DNA of 64,000 bases from Diadema setosum (lineage: Eukaryota): NCBI RefSeq assembly GCF_964275005.1, contig NC_092698.1, positions 37,744,597-37,808,596 of the forward strand, given 5' to 3'. The translations under genes were made by a program, and so were the position numbers. The notes below the pieces were generated by a model. That model was not told the DNA's origin and ran no database searches. It saw only the letters and a program-made list of their open reading frames with translations. Within the stretch, counting starts at the first letter, position 1. Every line of letters starts with the position of its first letter. Positions 40,753 to 52,025 of the stretch are shown here, piece after piece.

Positions 40753-40852
40753 CCACTGACATGTCAGACGAATACGTAGAACTCTGATAACGATACGACA
40801 TTTGGACACAGTGTTTCTTGTATAGCGTCATATTTGCTTCTTTATCATACAG

Positions 40853-40930
40853 GAGATGACGTTGTGACTGGCAACCAGGGAATGATGGATCAAGTTTTGG
40901 GTCTGAAGTGGGTTCGTGACAATATCGCAG
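40853..40930 (+). CDS. Gene 1 exon 3 (78 nt), encoding GDDVVTGNQGMMDQVLGLKWVRDNIA.
   Basis: The acceptor is catacag|GA and the donor is gcag|gtgagc at 40931. It is phase 1 to phase 1. The paralogue exon is also 78 nt. Confidence 0.85.
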
Positions 40931-41642
40931 GTGAGCGTTTTCAGTGTTGTTCTTGCTCAATATTGGCTCTTTGAAGGAAGTTTAAATCTGTGTTGCTTTA
41001 TAAGGACGAGAAGGTAAAGATTTAAGTGTCTTGTGTTCGACCTACGGCAAGAAGGCCACTTCTTCTAACTCGTCGATGCGCCAGAAAACCTTCGGTCCTG
41101 AATCGGCGTCTTTCGGCTATTAAACCTTCTCGACCTTAACAAGACGCTAAGGTGAAATTCAATACCGAGTACTGTATTCTTCTCATTCCACGTTTAAGAT
41201 TCCGTAATCGGTATTCCTTCAATCTAGGTGGAATAGACCTGAGAGCAACAAATAACTATACATGTATGTTTACAGACCGATAAAGGTATGTCAAGGCACG
41301 CAGAAAGAGGCATGACTTTTTAGGTGTCTCCCTATTCATTCATGTTCATAAAATTTCTCCTCTTTAGCGAGATTTCTCCAACAAATCGTCAATTGAATTC
41401 AAATTAAATTCACTCTCCATTTTTTGTTTCAAATTTTCATTATATTTCTTTATCTTATTTCGTCAACAGCTTTTTTTTTAATGTTTTAAAATAAGAGAAA
41501 AGATAAAGGACCAAAACATTCCAGACGAATTCTTCACGACAAATTACGAACAAAGTTCCATAGAAGGATCATTCAGTCATAAAAGAGAGAGAGAGAGAGA
41601 AAAAAGCCTTCTATCTGGGAGGAAAATTGTGTAACACTGTAA

Positions 41643-41813
<171 letters not shown>

Positions 41814-42248
41814 TGAAAACCACTTGGAATGTAGCCGTTTGGATGCCAGTGACATGGGGTTACAAGCTGTGCAGGGAAGAGAACCTCCCGCGTGAATATT
41901 TGTCATGGTTGGCTTTGAATTCCTCCAGCCTTCCAACAATATCTAAGGAACTCTAGCTGAAACTAAGTACTTCTGAATAGGGACACCATGGTATAGCAAC
42001 AAGCACGTAGTGTAATTTGTATTGTTTTTACATACACCATTCTGATTCGGCAAAGAAATGAGTAAATGAATCAATTATTCACTTCAACTTAGTCACACCA
42101 TCACTGATTATATGTGTGACAATGTAGTTGATACATCTTCTCTTTTCTCTTTTCTCTCAATTGAATGAATGTCAAATAACTTTCTGATAACTTTCGAATC
42201 CATGACATTTTATTTTTCTCCCGACCTGGACCCCCTTCTCCATGGTAG

Positions 42249-42413
42249 AGCGGCAACGCCATTTGTCCATGGGCGTGGTCAACCAATGAGGGCGCCACCG
42301 CAGCACATCGAGAGCTGGCGGTACAGGTGGGGTGCGACCAAACAGACAGTTCGGCAATGGTGGAGTGTCTACGTGGCGTGGATATGGACACTTTGATAAG
42401 AGAGCAGATCTTG
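42249..42413 (+). CDS. Gene 1 exon 5 (165 nt), encoding SGNAICPWAWSTNEGATAAHRELAVQVGCDQTD...REQIL.
   Basis: The acceptor is ccatggtag|AGC and the donor is ttg|gtaaga. It is phase 0 to phase 0. The paralogue exon is also 165 nt. Confidence 0.8.
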
Positions 42414-42835
42414 GTAAGAAATCGCTATGGGAACTAATATACAAATTTATTATGAATTCTAATTTCGCTGTTCCTTCTGTTTTCTGTATACACACTCAGA
42501 TACCTACAAATTACAATACTGTATATAATTAACTACACCACTTCCCTGACTACGCTACGAATGCTCATAGGCATTAGTAAAACGTCAATTACAAACATTC
42601 CTCAAAGGGGCCTCGTCAATGCCACTGCACACACAAATACACACAAATACTCACTAGCAAAACTCTAATACCAACATTGTATGTCTGTACTATACACACT
42701 GCATCTTTCATTCGCTATGTTTATTTTCATAAGTGCTGATGAGATGTGCTTCGGATCGTTTCACTCTCTTTCACCCCCTGCTCCATTTTCTAACTCTTTC
42801 TCTCTCACCCTTTCCCTGTTTTTAATTGTGATCAG

Positions 42836-43449
42836 ATGGGAAACGGTGCCTTGTCAGCCCCGGTGGTAGACGGAGACTTCCTACCCTACAACCCGGTGGA
42901 CATGGCGCGACGAGGTCAGTTCCAGGTGGTTCCAACCCTCATAGGAACGAATGAAGACGAGATGTCCAGTGCTGCTATGGCCGTCTTTCCTGGGTCAATA
43001 CTCGATGACCAACCTCCAGTCATGAACATCTCGCTTTTCCGAAGTCTGATTCCCGGTATGGTGTACTACACTCATGCGCCTATTGAGATCGCAGCCGTGG
43101 AGCAGCACTACGTCGACTGGACGGTGGCAGATGACCTCTCAGCTGACCAACTGGACAGCTACATACGACTTGGTACGGATCAGACATTCTCATGTCCTAC
43201 CGAATTCTTTGCGCGGGCTTTAGAAGCGTATGGCACCGAAATTTACCGCTATGAGATGACGCATGACCCGAACTGGTCCGTCTACGCAGGAATTCCGAAG
43301 TGGTTGGGGGCCACCCACGCCGAGGATCTGCAATACGTCTTCGCTTGGGCGCTAAACCCTTGGCTGGAATTCCTCGTCAACCAGACAAACGATGAAAAGT
43401 TCATGTCGATCGAGTTTATGCGATATTGGTCGAACTTCGTAAAATCCGG
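42836..43449 (+). CDS. Gene 1 exon 6 (614 nt). It carries GTNEDEMS (catalytic Glu) and GATHAEDLQYVF (catalytic His).
   Basis: The acceptor is tgatcag|ATG and the donor is tccgg|gtaagc, in phase 2. It matches ORF 42836..43453. Confidence 0.88.
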
Positions 43450-43574
43450 GTAAGCAATGAATACAGTTCAAAATAAAAACAAACAAACAAGCAAAACAAA
43501 CAAACAAGCAAATCAAACAAAACACGACAATCACCACAACCGTGGTGGAAGTTTTCATTACTCGAGTTAGCAGA

Positions 43575-43735
43575 ATCGGATCGTTATCTCCAAGGTTTAA
43601 TCCGAAAATGAAATGAAGTTCGTTATTCCTAAAATAAAAAAAGGTTCGTTATTTCTAAGGTTTGTTATTCCAAAAGGTCGTTAATCCGAAGATGAAAAAA
43701 GTACTTAATTCCGAAGGTTCGTTAGAATGCATCTT
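43575..43735. repeat. Minisatellite of about 6 units with motif (A)AGGTTCGTTATTCCGAA, period about 25-30 bp, in intron 6 of gene 1. A related array lies at 49700-49850 in intron 1 of gene 2.
   Basis: Motif recurrence read by eye at both sites. Confidence 0.6.
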
Positions 43736-44845
43736 TTTTCTTACTTAACCTTCTTACATTAATGTATACATGCGTACGCCACAGTAAATTGTTCATAAAA
43801 ATGAATACATTAATGAGTAATTGTTCAATCTGTGTCTGTTACTTTTAAATATCTCAAATGACAGAAGTCACTAAAGTCAAAGGTAAATTTAAGTGTTAAA
43901 GGTATAAATCTACCATTTGCAGATGAAGCAAAAACCCAGCTTTAGTGCTTCAAAATAGTTCTGAAATTTGAGTTAGGGATAGAAACAACCAAAGTAAAAA
44001 TTTGAATCAGTATAATTAATGACGTGTTAAAGGTAGGGAATCCCATTTGCATGCCTTAAATGAAGAGTTGTATAAATACAGTAGTATGTTGAAGAGAGTA
44101 TCATTTTAGAAACTCCCATAAAGTATTGAAAGTGGAAGGTAACATTTAGTACATTTTTATTGACCGTTAGATTTTGAATTGAATATTTTTCGGGGCTCAC
44201 CGTAAATTCCAGTACATTACTAGGCTACCTTTGCAGACCCATGCACTGCATGTGTGTCCATCATGTATATTTTGTGAAGAAAGTTCATCAAAACTTACAA
44301 ACATTTCTATATACATTCTTGCCACACACTCTATATGTTATTACATCAGATCTTATACTTTTAGGTTTGTGTTTATAGATAAAAAAATACAGAAGACTGC
44401 AACAAAAAGGCTTAAGTGTGGCTGACACACAGAACTACTGAGTAGTTGAGTTTTGTGCATTATTCAAATTGTAGATAACTGTTGACTTTCAAATTTCTCA
44501 GCAGTGGCCTAAACAAGTCCCCTGAGGTTCATATTTAATGTTTTGCTGCATTTTGGGAGGTCTGTAAAAGGTATCCCCTACCTTTAAGTGTTGTTAAATA
44601 TACAAAATGTGAACAACAGTTATTATTGAAATGTTTCTAGATCAAACCGTCTACAGTTATGGCTTATTGAGAAAAATATATTGATGTCTCCTTATATTTT
44701 AGGCTTTATTGCAAAATTTTCACATGGTAGAATGTTTTGTGATACAACTGACCTACACATATGTATCGAATGTGATATTTCGAACAATTTTAAATCACTG
44801 CCCCCAAAGGTAATCTGTACCTTTAATGCCTTATAATGCAATCAG

Positions 44846-45015
44846 GAACCCCAACGAACCGGCAGAAAACCAAGCCTACCCGGACTGGCCACAGTACACT
44901 TTGCCTGGTCAGGATTACAAGAAACTTTCACTCGACATGGACAACGATCGGGCAATGCGGGCGTCATCATGTGCTTTCTGGCTCAGGTATATGCCGGGGC
45001 TACACACCGAAGCAG
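44846..45015 (+). CDS. Gene 1 exon 7 (170 nt), encoding NPNEPAENQAYPDWPQYTLPGQDYKKLSLDMDNDRAMRASSCAFWLRYMPGLHTEAG.
   Basis: The acceptor is caatcag|G and the donor is gcag|gtatag. It is phase 2 to phase 1. Confidence 0.85.
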
Positions 45016-45353
45016 GTATAGGATACGTCTTTCGTCAACACCCCTTCACTGTCTCAGAATGATGCCAATAGCACCCTAGACTGTGTCCAAGATACTTGAT
45101 CATTATGACACTTGTGATATTTGGAAGTATGAGATGCCTGCAATCTTGCCATCTATCTAAGATTGCTTAAAATGTTTAATTGTTTCGTCTCATCTATGCA
45201 CTGAACTACTATAATTGAGACTAAATCTATCCACAAATTAATATCTCGTGAAATCTTCCGATACAATTGTGCGGCTGAACATTATGATTTGTTCTGAGAT
45301 GTTCAACTGCCCTTATAAACCTATTCATGTTCATATGGACATTTTTATTTCAG

Positions 45354-45487
45354 CTCCAATTGAGGACGTGTACGAGCAATGGCAGGAGGACTATGCGAAC
45401 TGGCGTGACATAGACATGCCTAGCTGGTCTACAGAGTTCGAGGAATACAAGGCTAACAACCCTACTTGTCCCACAGCAACGCCGTGA
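45354..45487 (+). CDS. Gene 1 exon 8 (terminal), encoding APIEDVYEQWQEDYANWRDIDMPSWSTEFEEYKANNPTCPTATP followed by a stop. This is a Trp-heptad plus Cys tail (T-peptide/WAT-like).
   Basis: The acceptor is ttatttcag|CT. The TGA stop is at 45485-45487. The total CDS is 1848 nt, or 615 aa. Confidence 0.8.
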
Positions 45488-46809
45488 TAATTCTCCACAA
45501 TTCTTTTTCTCATTTTGTTTCTCTCTTTTTTAATGTTGATCAAACTCTTCCATGATTTAATGACGCAGTCGAAGGTTGTGATAAACAAATTTCAATTTAA
45601 TATGAGCGCGTTTAGGAAGCTGTTTTAGGTTGACGCACATACGTATGGTATACGCTTCCACCGAACATTTAATTTTCAAAGGGCAGCATAAAAGCAAAAG
45701 TTAATCTATCGACAATAAACAGAAAGACACAGTCCTACATCATTGTTGAATCTACTTGTCAAGCTAAGTAGAATAATGGTAGAGTAAGTTATCCGTTGCC
45801 ACTATGTTCCTCCACACGAAGACAAAAAGTTTCTCTTCATTGTGCATGCTTCATCCAACCACATGGAGGAGTTGAGGTGGACTTGCAGGACCTGCTAGAG
45901 GGAATATTGTCTAATATCCTAAGATCTAAGCTTCTAATTTATCACGATTCAATTTTGTCAAAGTTGTGTACGACAGTATCTTACGCAGAGATACAGACAA
46001 ATCTGTTTACACCCACTTCGCCGAAGATGTTTGTTCGGTTGTTTGTTTGTTTTTGTTTTATACCCCACCACTCTTTTTATCCCTGAAAATATTGCTATTG
46101 AATGACATGTATAAATACCTAGTGGGGATTTTTATGCATTTATGTAAGAATTTTATATTACCAAAAATTCTTTTGGACTTTTTCACATACAATAATCAAA
46201 TTCATAATTACAATACGCGAACCGCGAGTGATTTTCACCTATAATACCTTTATCTCGTACATCTTTTTATCAACGATCTATTCTTTACAGTGGTCCTATT
46301 CTGTGGAATTCTCTCCCCTTTGAAATACGCAATGCTAACTCTTTGAATATATTTAAATCTGGTTATAAAAAAAAATTTCTTCAATAATTACAACCAAATT
46401 CATTTAAGTTAAGAGTATCAGTTTTTATCCTTTATGTTTTGAGACATCAGGTGTTTTGCTATTGTCATTGTGTGTTGATTGTTATGTCTTAGTCTTGTCT
46501 TGTTCTTATGTTTTACTTGCTTCGAACACATTGGTAACAGAAATTTAACGAATGTTTTTAGGTCAGCAGAAAATAAGGGACATTTCCTTTCTGGCTGCTG
46601 CCTACCATAGCAATTCCTTTACACTGTTTAACTGATATTTTTGTAATTGTATTCTAATGTTGTTGTATGTGTTTGTTTGTTTAGATATCTTCTTTGCTTG
46701 GTGAAATAAAGAAACTTGAAACTTGAAACTTATTCTTAGTTTGCGCGAATAAAAGTTTTTTCTGATCATGATAATCATGTGAGACATATTACATGAAAAG
46801 CAACACTGT

Positions 46810-47335
46810 AAAAACATGGGTGTTAGATTTAACACCACGGGTGTTAAATCTAACACCGATCAAACTTCAATAAAGGACCACACCCACAGGTGTTAAAAAT
46901 GCACTGTGATGGTGTTGAAACGTGTTCACCTGACACTTCGTGGTGTTAATTTGACACTGTACCAGGTGTTATTTTGACACTGTACTGGTGTTAATTAAAA
47001 AATGACACCACATGGTGTTGATTTGATACTTGTTGGTGTTAATATCAATGGTTTAACACCCGTCCAGCTGCAATAAGGGACCACACCAGCTGGTGTTACT
47101 TTGGTGTAAAATTATTTTCACATTTTTTCAAAAATCTAGTATTTTAATGTAAAATTCTTGATCGTCTTGTTTAAATTAAAAATCAACAAGAAATGCAGTT
47201 ACTAAGAACCTCTTCAAAAAACAGTTTAAAATTTGGGAATGACACCCGGGGGTGTTAATTTAACACCATAAATGAGCACCGAAAATTTAACACCAGCTCG
47301 GTGTTCACTATTTAACACCGGACTTTTTGCAGTGA
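46810..47335. repeat. Array of at least 12 copies of a palindromic motif, GGTGTTAAnTTnAACACC, with variants such as GGTGTTAATTTGACACTG. The period is about 25 bp. It lies in the intergenic space between the two esterase genes.
   Basis: Copies were seen at 46818, 46838, 46879, 46901, 46930, 46955, 46977, 47005, 47024, 47087, 47238 and 47273. Confidence 0.65.
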
Positions 47336-48585
47336 AGAAAGAAAAAATACCTGTGTATTATGTATGCAGGTATGTATTTGCTCGCATACGTGTATATGCA
47401 TCAGGCAGGCATAAAGTGTGTGAATGAATATTTGTGTCTAGGCATATGCAATTCTATTCATTGGTTTGATACATCTGATATGAAAAAAATATGAATGAAA
47501 AATAAAAACGAGAGAAAGGCTTCCATATAAATGTGTATGTGAGAATATGTAAGCGAGTATTTGAATGGTTACCGGCACACAGAGCGAATCAGTAATGGCA
47601 TTGCTCCGTAGAACAATTAAAAGGTCCTCCTGATTATCCACTTGGATGAGAAGGATGGAACAGAAACAGAAAGATGGAAACCATGGGTCTGTTATTAGTA
47701 TGAGGTCTACACTTCGCGTCTGAATTTAAACTGTAAATTCCATATTTCATTGCAATGCAATCTCCGACTGAAATGTACATCGGCAGAGTATACATTTTCA
47801 AAATAAATTACAAGTTTATACATCTTTACCGTCATTGGCAGCACATTAGAACTTGGCAATTATTATGCTTTAATTCTATTTTCTATGACCACAGATGATA
47901 CACACTTAACAGGAAAGTCAGCATCCATATATAGTTACCATAAAGGCGTACATTTCTTCTTTCCTCTAAAGGCTTTAGTGCAAGAAGCTATCCGCATGTA
48001 CAGATTCGATGCATTTTGATACAATACCCTTTGCATGCAGCCTCGGGTGAGGTTTTGTAATGAAGGTGTGCATATAAGAGTGCATGTTATGATAGCGAGT
48101 TGGTTAATAGATTTACTGACCAGTTTGACCATATTGTCTTCAGGGAAAATTCTGATGCACCGATTTTATATGCGGCAATCAGCCAAAGGTATAGCAGTGT
48201 AGCAAAATGTGACTAATAAGATTTCAATAATTGGGCGGTAGAAGGCTTAACGGTGCACCACGTATTCTTTCTTGGGTTACGCGCCCTGAAAAGGGTCGTA
48301 CCCACTCCCTATTCCTCGTTTCGGCAATCATGTTCTCGCCGTTCTCAAGGGAAAAGTCGGGACTGGTTAGGCTCTGTTCAGGGCCACATAGATACCCAAG
48401 AAAAGAATACATGGTGCACATCCAACGTTCTAACGCCACGGAAGCCTTCACATTTCAAGATTTCAATTAGCCGAAGAAGGCCTGAGTTACGACCCTAGTA
48501 GAATCTTCGTCAGGGGCAAATCATTCAGGGAAGTCGGACTCAGGCACAGACAGGATTTATTCTGCAGGTTAGCCGCAATTAAGGT

Positions 48586-48650
48586 CACACACACACACAC
48601 ACACACTCAAACTCACACACACACTCTCACACACACACACATACACACAC
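48586..48650. repeat. Imperfect (CA)n microsatellite.
   Basis: Read directly. Confidence 0.9.
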
Positions 48651-49231
48651 GTTCGAAGATTTTTGCTCTTCAAACTCAAGTCGCCTCCTTTCAGGAATTG
48701 TGAAGTTCATCTTTAGCTGTTGTTTTTTATGATGATGTTGCTGTTGTAATTGTTTTTGCTTTAGAGCAATGGTTGTTAATAACTATGGGTAATCTCAGTG
48801 CGAAGTTTTGATACAGTTTAGTGTTTACTTTATATACAAAGATGAAATAATGGCAAGAGTGTTTTCTTTGCTCACACGGTTGATTCTGATATATGATATA
48901 AACCTAAAAAATGTCTGCGCCCGTATCTCTAACAGCTGAAGAGGTTGTACATGTCATGCGAGATATGAGGTAATATCAGCTGAAGATAAGTAAAAAAAAA
49001 AAAAATGCCCTTTAAACAGAGTCAAGAGGCTGAACACGATCTTCGAACTCTAGGCGAGCAGACTTCTAACCGTATTGTCATCTACCACTATTTTATGTCG
49101 AACTATCAACACTGGTAGGTTAAGTTCAGTCAGTATTTCTGCACCAAATTTACGCATTCCGGTATTTTTTAGCAATCGTTTATTAGAGCTACTTCTTAGA
49201 ACGAAAATTTCACGAAGTACTGTTCAGGAGT

Positions 49232-49636
49232 ATGCCTTCACTAAGAATTTGGATTCTCAGCGCTTGCGCTGCCCTGAGTCTAATTACTGGCACGGAGGCA
49301 GCTTCCGCCGAACCGATTGGCGCGCCAACTGTCGCCCTCCCATCTGGAGCAACACTAACGGGCATCACGAGGCTGTACAATGAATCTGGCTTCCTCAATC
49401 TTAACAAGCCCATCGACTCCTATCTCGGCATCCCTTTCGCCTGGCCTCCAGTAGGCGATCGCCGGTTTAAAGACCCAGAGGAATACACGATCACGGAGCA
49501 CTACAACGCAACAGAACATCAGGGCATATGTCCTCAGACGAGCCCCTTGGATGGTCTCCTCAATGGCAGTTTCGAGATCGGCAGGGATGTCGACGAGGAC
49601 TGCTTATATCTCAGTGTCTACACTCCGTCACCAAAG
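49232..49636 (+). CDS. Esterase gene 2 exon 1 (135 codons). It has a signal peptide (MPSLRIWILSACAALSLITGTEA) and is about 70% identical to gene 1 exon 1.
   Basis: The ATG is at 49232 and the donor is aag|gtagga at 49637. Confidence 0.8.
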
Positions 49637-50749
49637 GTAGGAAATCTACTGCGTAGATATCGCAACAATTTATTCATAATAAAGAAGTTGTAATGTAATT
49701 GGTTTGGTTACAGATCGTTATTCTGAAGGTTCGTCATTCCGAAGGTCTGTTAATCCGAAAATAAAAGAAGGTTATAACTGTTATTCAGAAGGCCCGCTTA
49801 TCCGTAAACGAAATAAGATCGTAATCTCTAAGGTTCGTTAGATGTCGTCTTTGCATTTTCGAACCAACAGACCTTATTTGATTTTCATTGATTTGAGAAT
49901 ACAAGCGTTCCACACTGTGGATCTTTTCATTACGTTACAAAAACCACCTCCCTGCAAAACCTGAAGCAGAAATATTCCTCTGATGCGTGTCTTAATTGGT
50001 GGTGAAAAAGTCATCTCTTCTTTCATAGTCGGATTTATCATTATGCACCATGCTGTTTATTTCATGGTCGACTTTATATGTGATTTATATATACATGGTA
50101 ATATTTGATATTAAACAAGCGAATATTATCGCATGCACATTATATTATGCAGACAACACGGTATATTTTTTTTTTCATAAATTGGTCCAACCTATATCTT
50201 GAAAGAGTTTACGAAGGACTGTGTTTTAGCAAACTGATATTGATCTGAAGAGGACAACGAGATTTTTGATTTGCTCAGTTTTTTGTTAGCAAAGTGGAAA
50301 CTACCTTTTGTATTAAGTTATGTGAAAAAACAGTCAAACATAAAGAGACTGTCAATTACATGGGAGTTACGCTTGATCAACAGTTGAAGTGGTAATGTTC
50401 GCGTCAATGCTATACTTTGGTCGATTCTTTGCACTGAAAGCAAAATACTGTTCAGTTTTTACTGTGCAAACCAAATTAGTCGATTCCAAATTATATTTAA
50501 TTCGAATGATATAATGAGCATCTGTAGTTTGTATTCGGGTGAATTTCATTAACACAAAAAATCTAACGTTTTGATTACGGGAATGGGACAATATGGGGGC
50601 ATGTTAGAAAATCTTTGCTCACTATTGTAATGTTTTTTCCTTAGAGGTTCGGAGATCGTTCTACTCATATTGAAATTAATGTTTTATAATAGTTGTGCCA
50701 TTTTTCATTAATTTCTGTGACTGGACCACTCGGCAGATCTGCTGTTTCA

Positions 50750-50998
50750 TTGTGTCTTTTATGTTTTGCGTCTATTGGTATTATGTTGTATTTATATCTG
50801 GTTGAATTTGTATTACCTTATTATACCATATGAAACAACAGAGCAAGATCTGTGCATAATTCATAAACAAAATTAGAAATACGACTGGATTGACGTCAAT
50901 CCAGTCGTATTTTTAATTTTGTTTATGAATTATGCACAAATTTAACCAGATACAAATACAACATAATACCAATAGACGCAAAAATATAAAAGACACAA
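50750..50998. repeat. Long, near-perfect palindrome (hairpin) centred on TGACGTCA at 50891-50898. The arms are about 104 and 145 bp, and the left arm has a 41-bp insert. It lies in intron 1 of gene 2.
   Basis: The left arm (gtgtcttttatgttttgcgtctattggtattatg...cgactggattgac) is the reverse complement of the right arm (gtcaatccagtcg...cataataccaatagacgcaaaaatataaaagacac). Confidence 0.7.
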
Positions 50999-51440
50999 CA
51001 TTTTGCCTTCCGTCCTGGCAGATTTATATATTGGAAAAATATGATTTGTGTATACATATACACTTGTATAAATAATATTTGATTTTGAGGGGGAAATGAA
51101 GATGTCTAACAGCTAAAAGCGATTTCTTAAATACGTTGTGATCCAATCCCTATAATACCTCTACGACTGTTACTTATTGAATTATGATTTTGATTCAAAA
51201 CTGCCGAAAAATTCAGAAATAGCTCATTGTTTAGTTGATTTACTTCTGTCCTCTGATTACAATTGTACTCAATGGATAACTGAGCAAGCATAACGTTATG
51301 AATACCTAATCAAATATTTATGTACACTGTATTTTAATAAGTGTGCGTGTGTAAGAGTAGGAGTGAGGGATGGGTGTATAGACATAACATTAACACGCAA
51401 AAGTTGGGAAAATGATATGATATTTCGTTTGTCATTTCAG

Positions 51441-51603
51441 CCAACTTCTCTCTTACCAGTCATGGTGTGGATTCACGGGGGTGGTTACAATGGTGGTGCA
51501 GGGTCGGCACCTTGGTATCAGCCCATGGTACTGGTGGCGTACTCCGATATTGTTGTTGTGAACCTCAATTACCGCCTTGGTGTCTTTGGGTTCTTGACTA
51601 CAG
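51441..51603 (+). CDS. Gene 2 exon 2 (163 nt), encoding PTSLLPVMVWIHGGGYNGGAGS...LGVFGFLTT(G).
   Basis: The acceptor is gtcatttcag|CC and the donor is acag|gtactt. The length and phase are the same as in gene 1. Confidence 0.82.
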
Positions 51604-52025
51604 GTACTTTATGTTCTATGTTGACGTCACATATAACAATAAATCATTTTATTCATGGTTATAGAACACTTACCTACCGCTGAGGGCTCAAGGCCATGTT
51701 TCACTAACATGGGAACTATGGAGTCGAACAATGAACCCAAAGTTGGGACAGGTTCAGATCAGATCCATATTGTTGGGAAGGATGCATAGACATTCAAGAT
51801 GTATTCTAGTGTGTGGTGTAAGGTGTGCGCAAGACTAACTTCTGAGGACTGCTTTATCCCAAAAAAGTCCCTAGGATCAGCTGAATTAAACTTAAGATTG
51901 GTTTTTAGAGCGAAGTGAAACAACCCCTGGTCTTAAGAGGGCATTGTCATTGATATCATTACCAAACCATTACGTTGATTTCAACATCTTGATTCAAAAA
52001 GACAAACAGAGAAAAAACAGAAACG

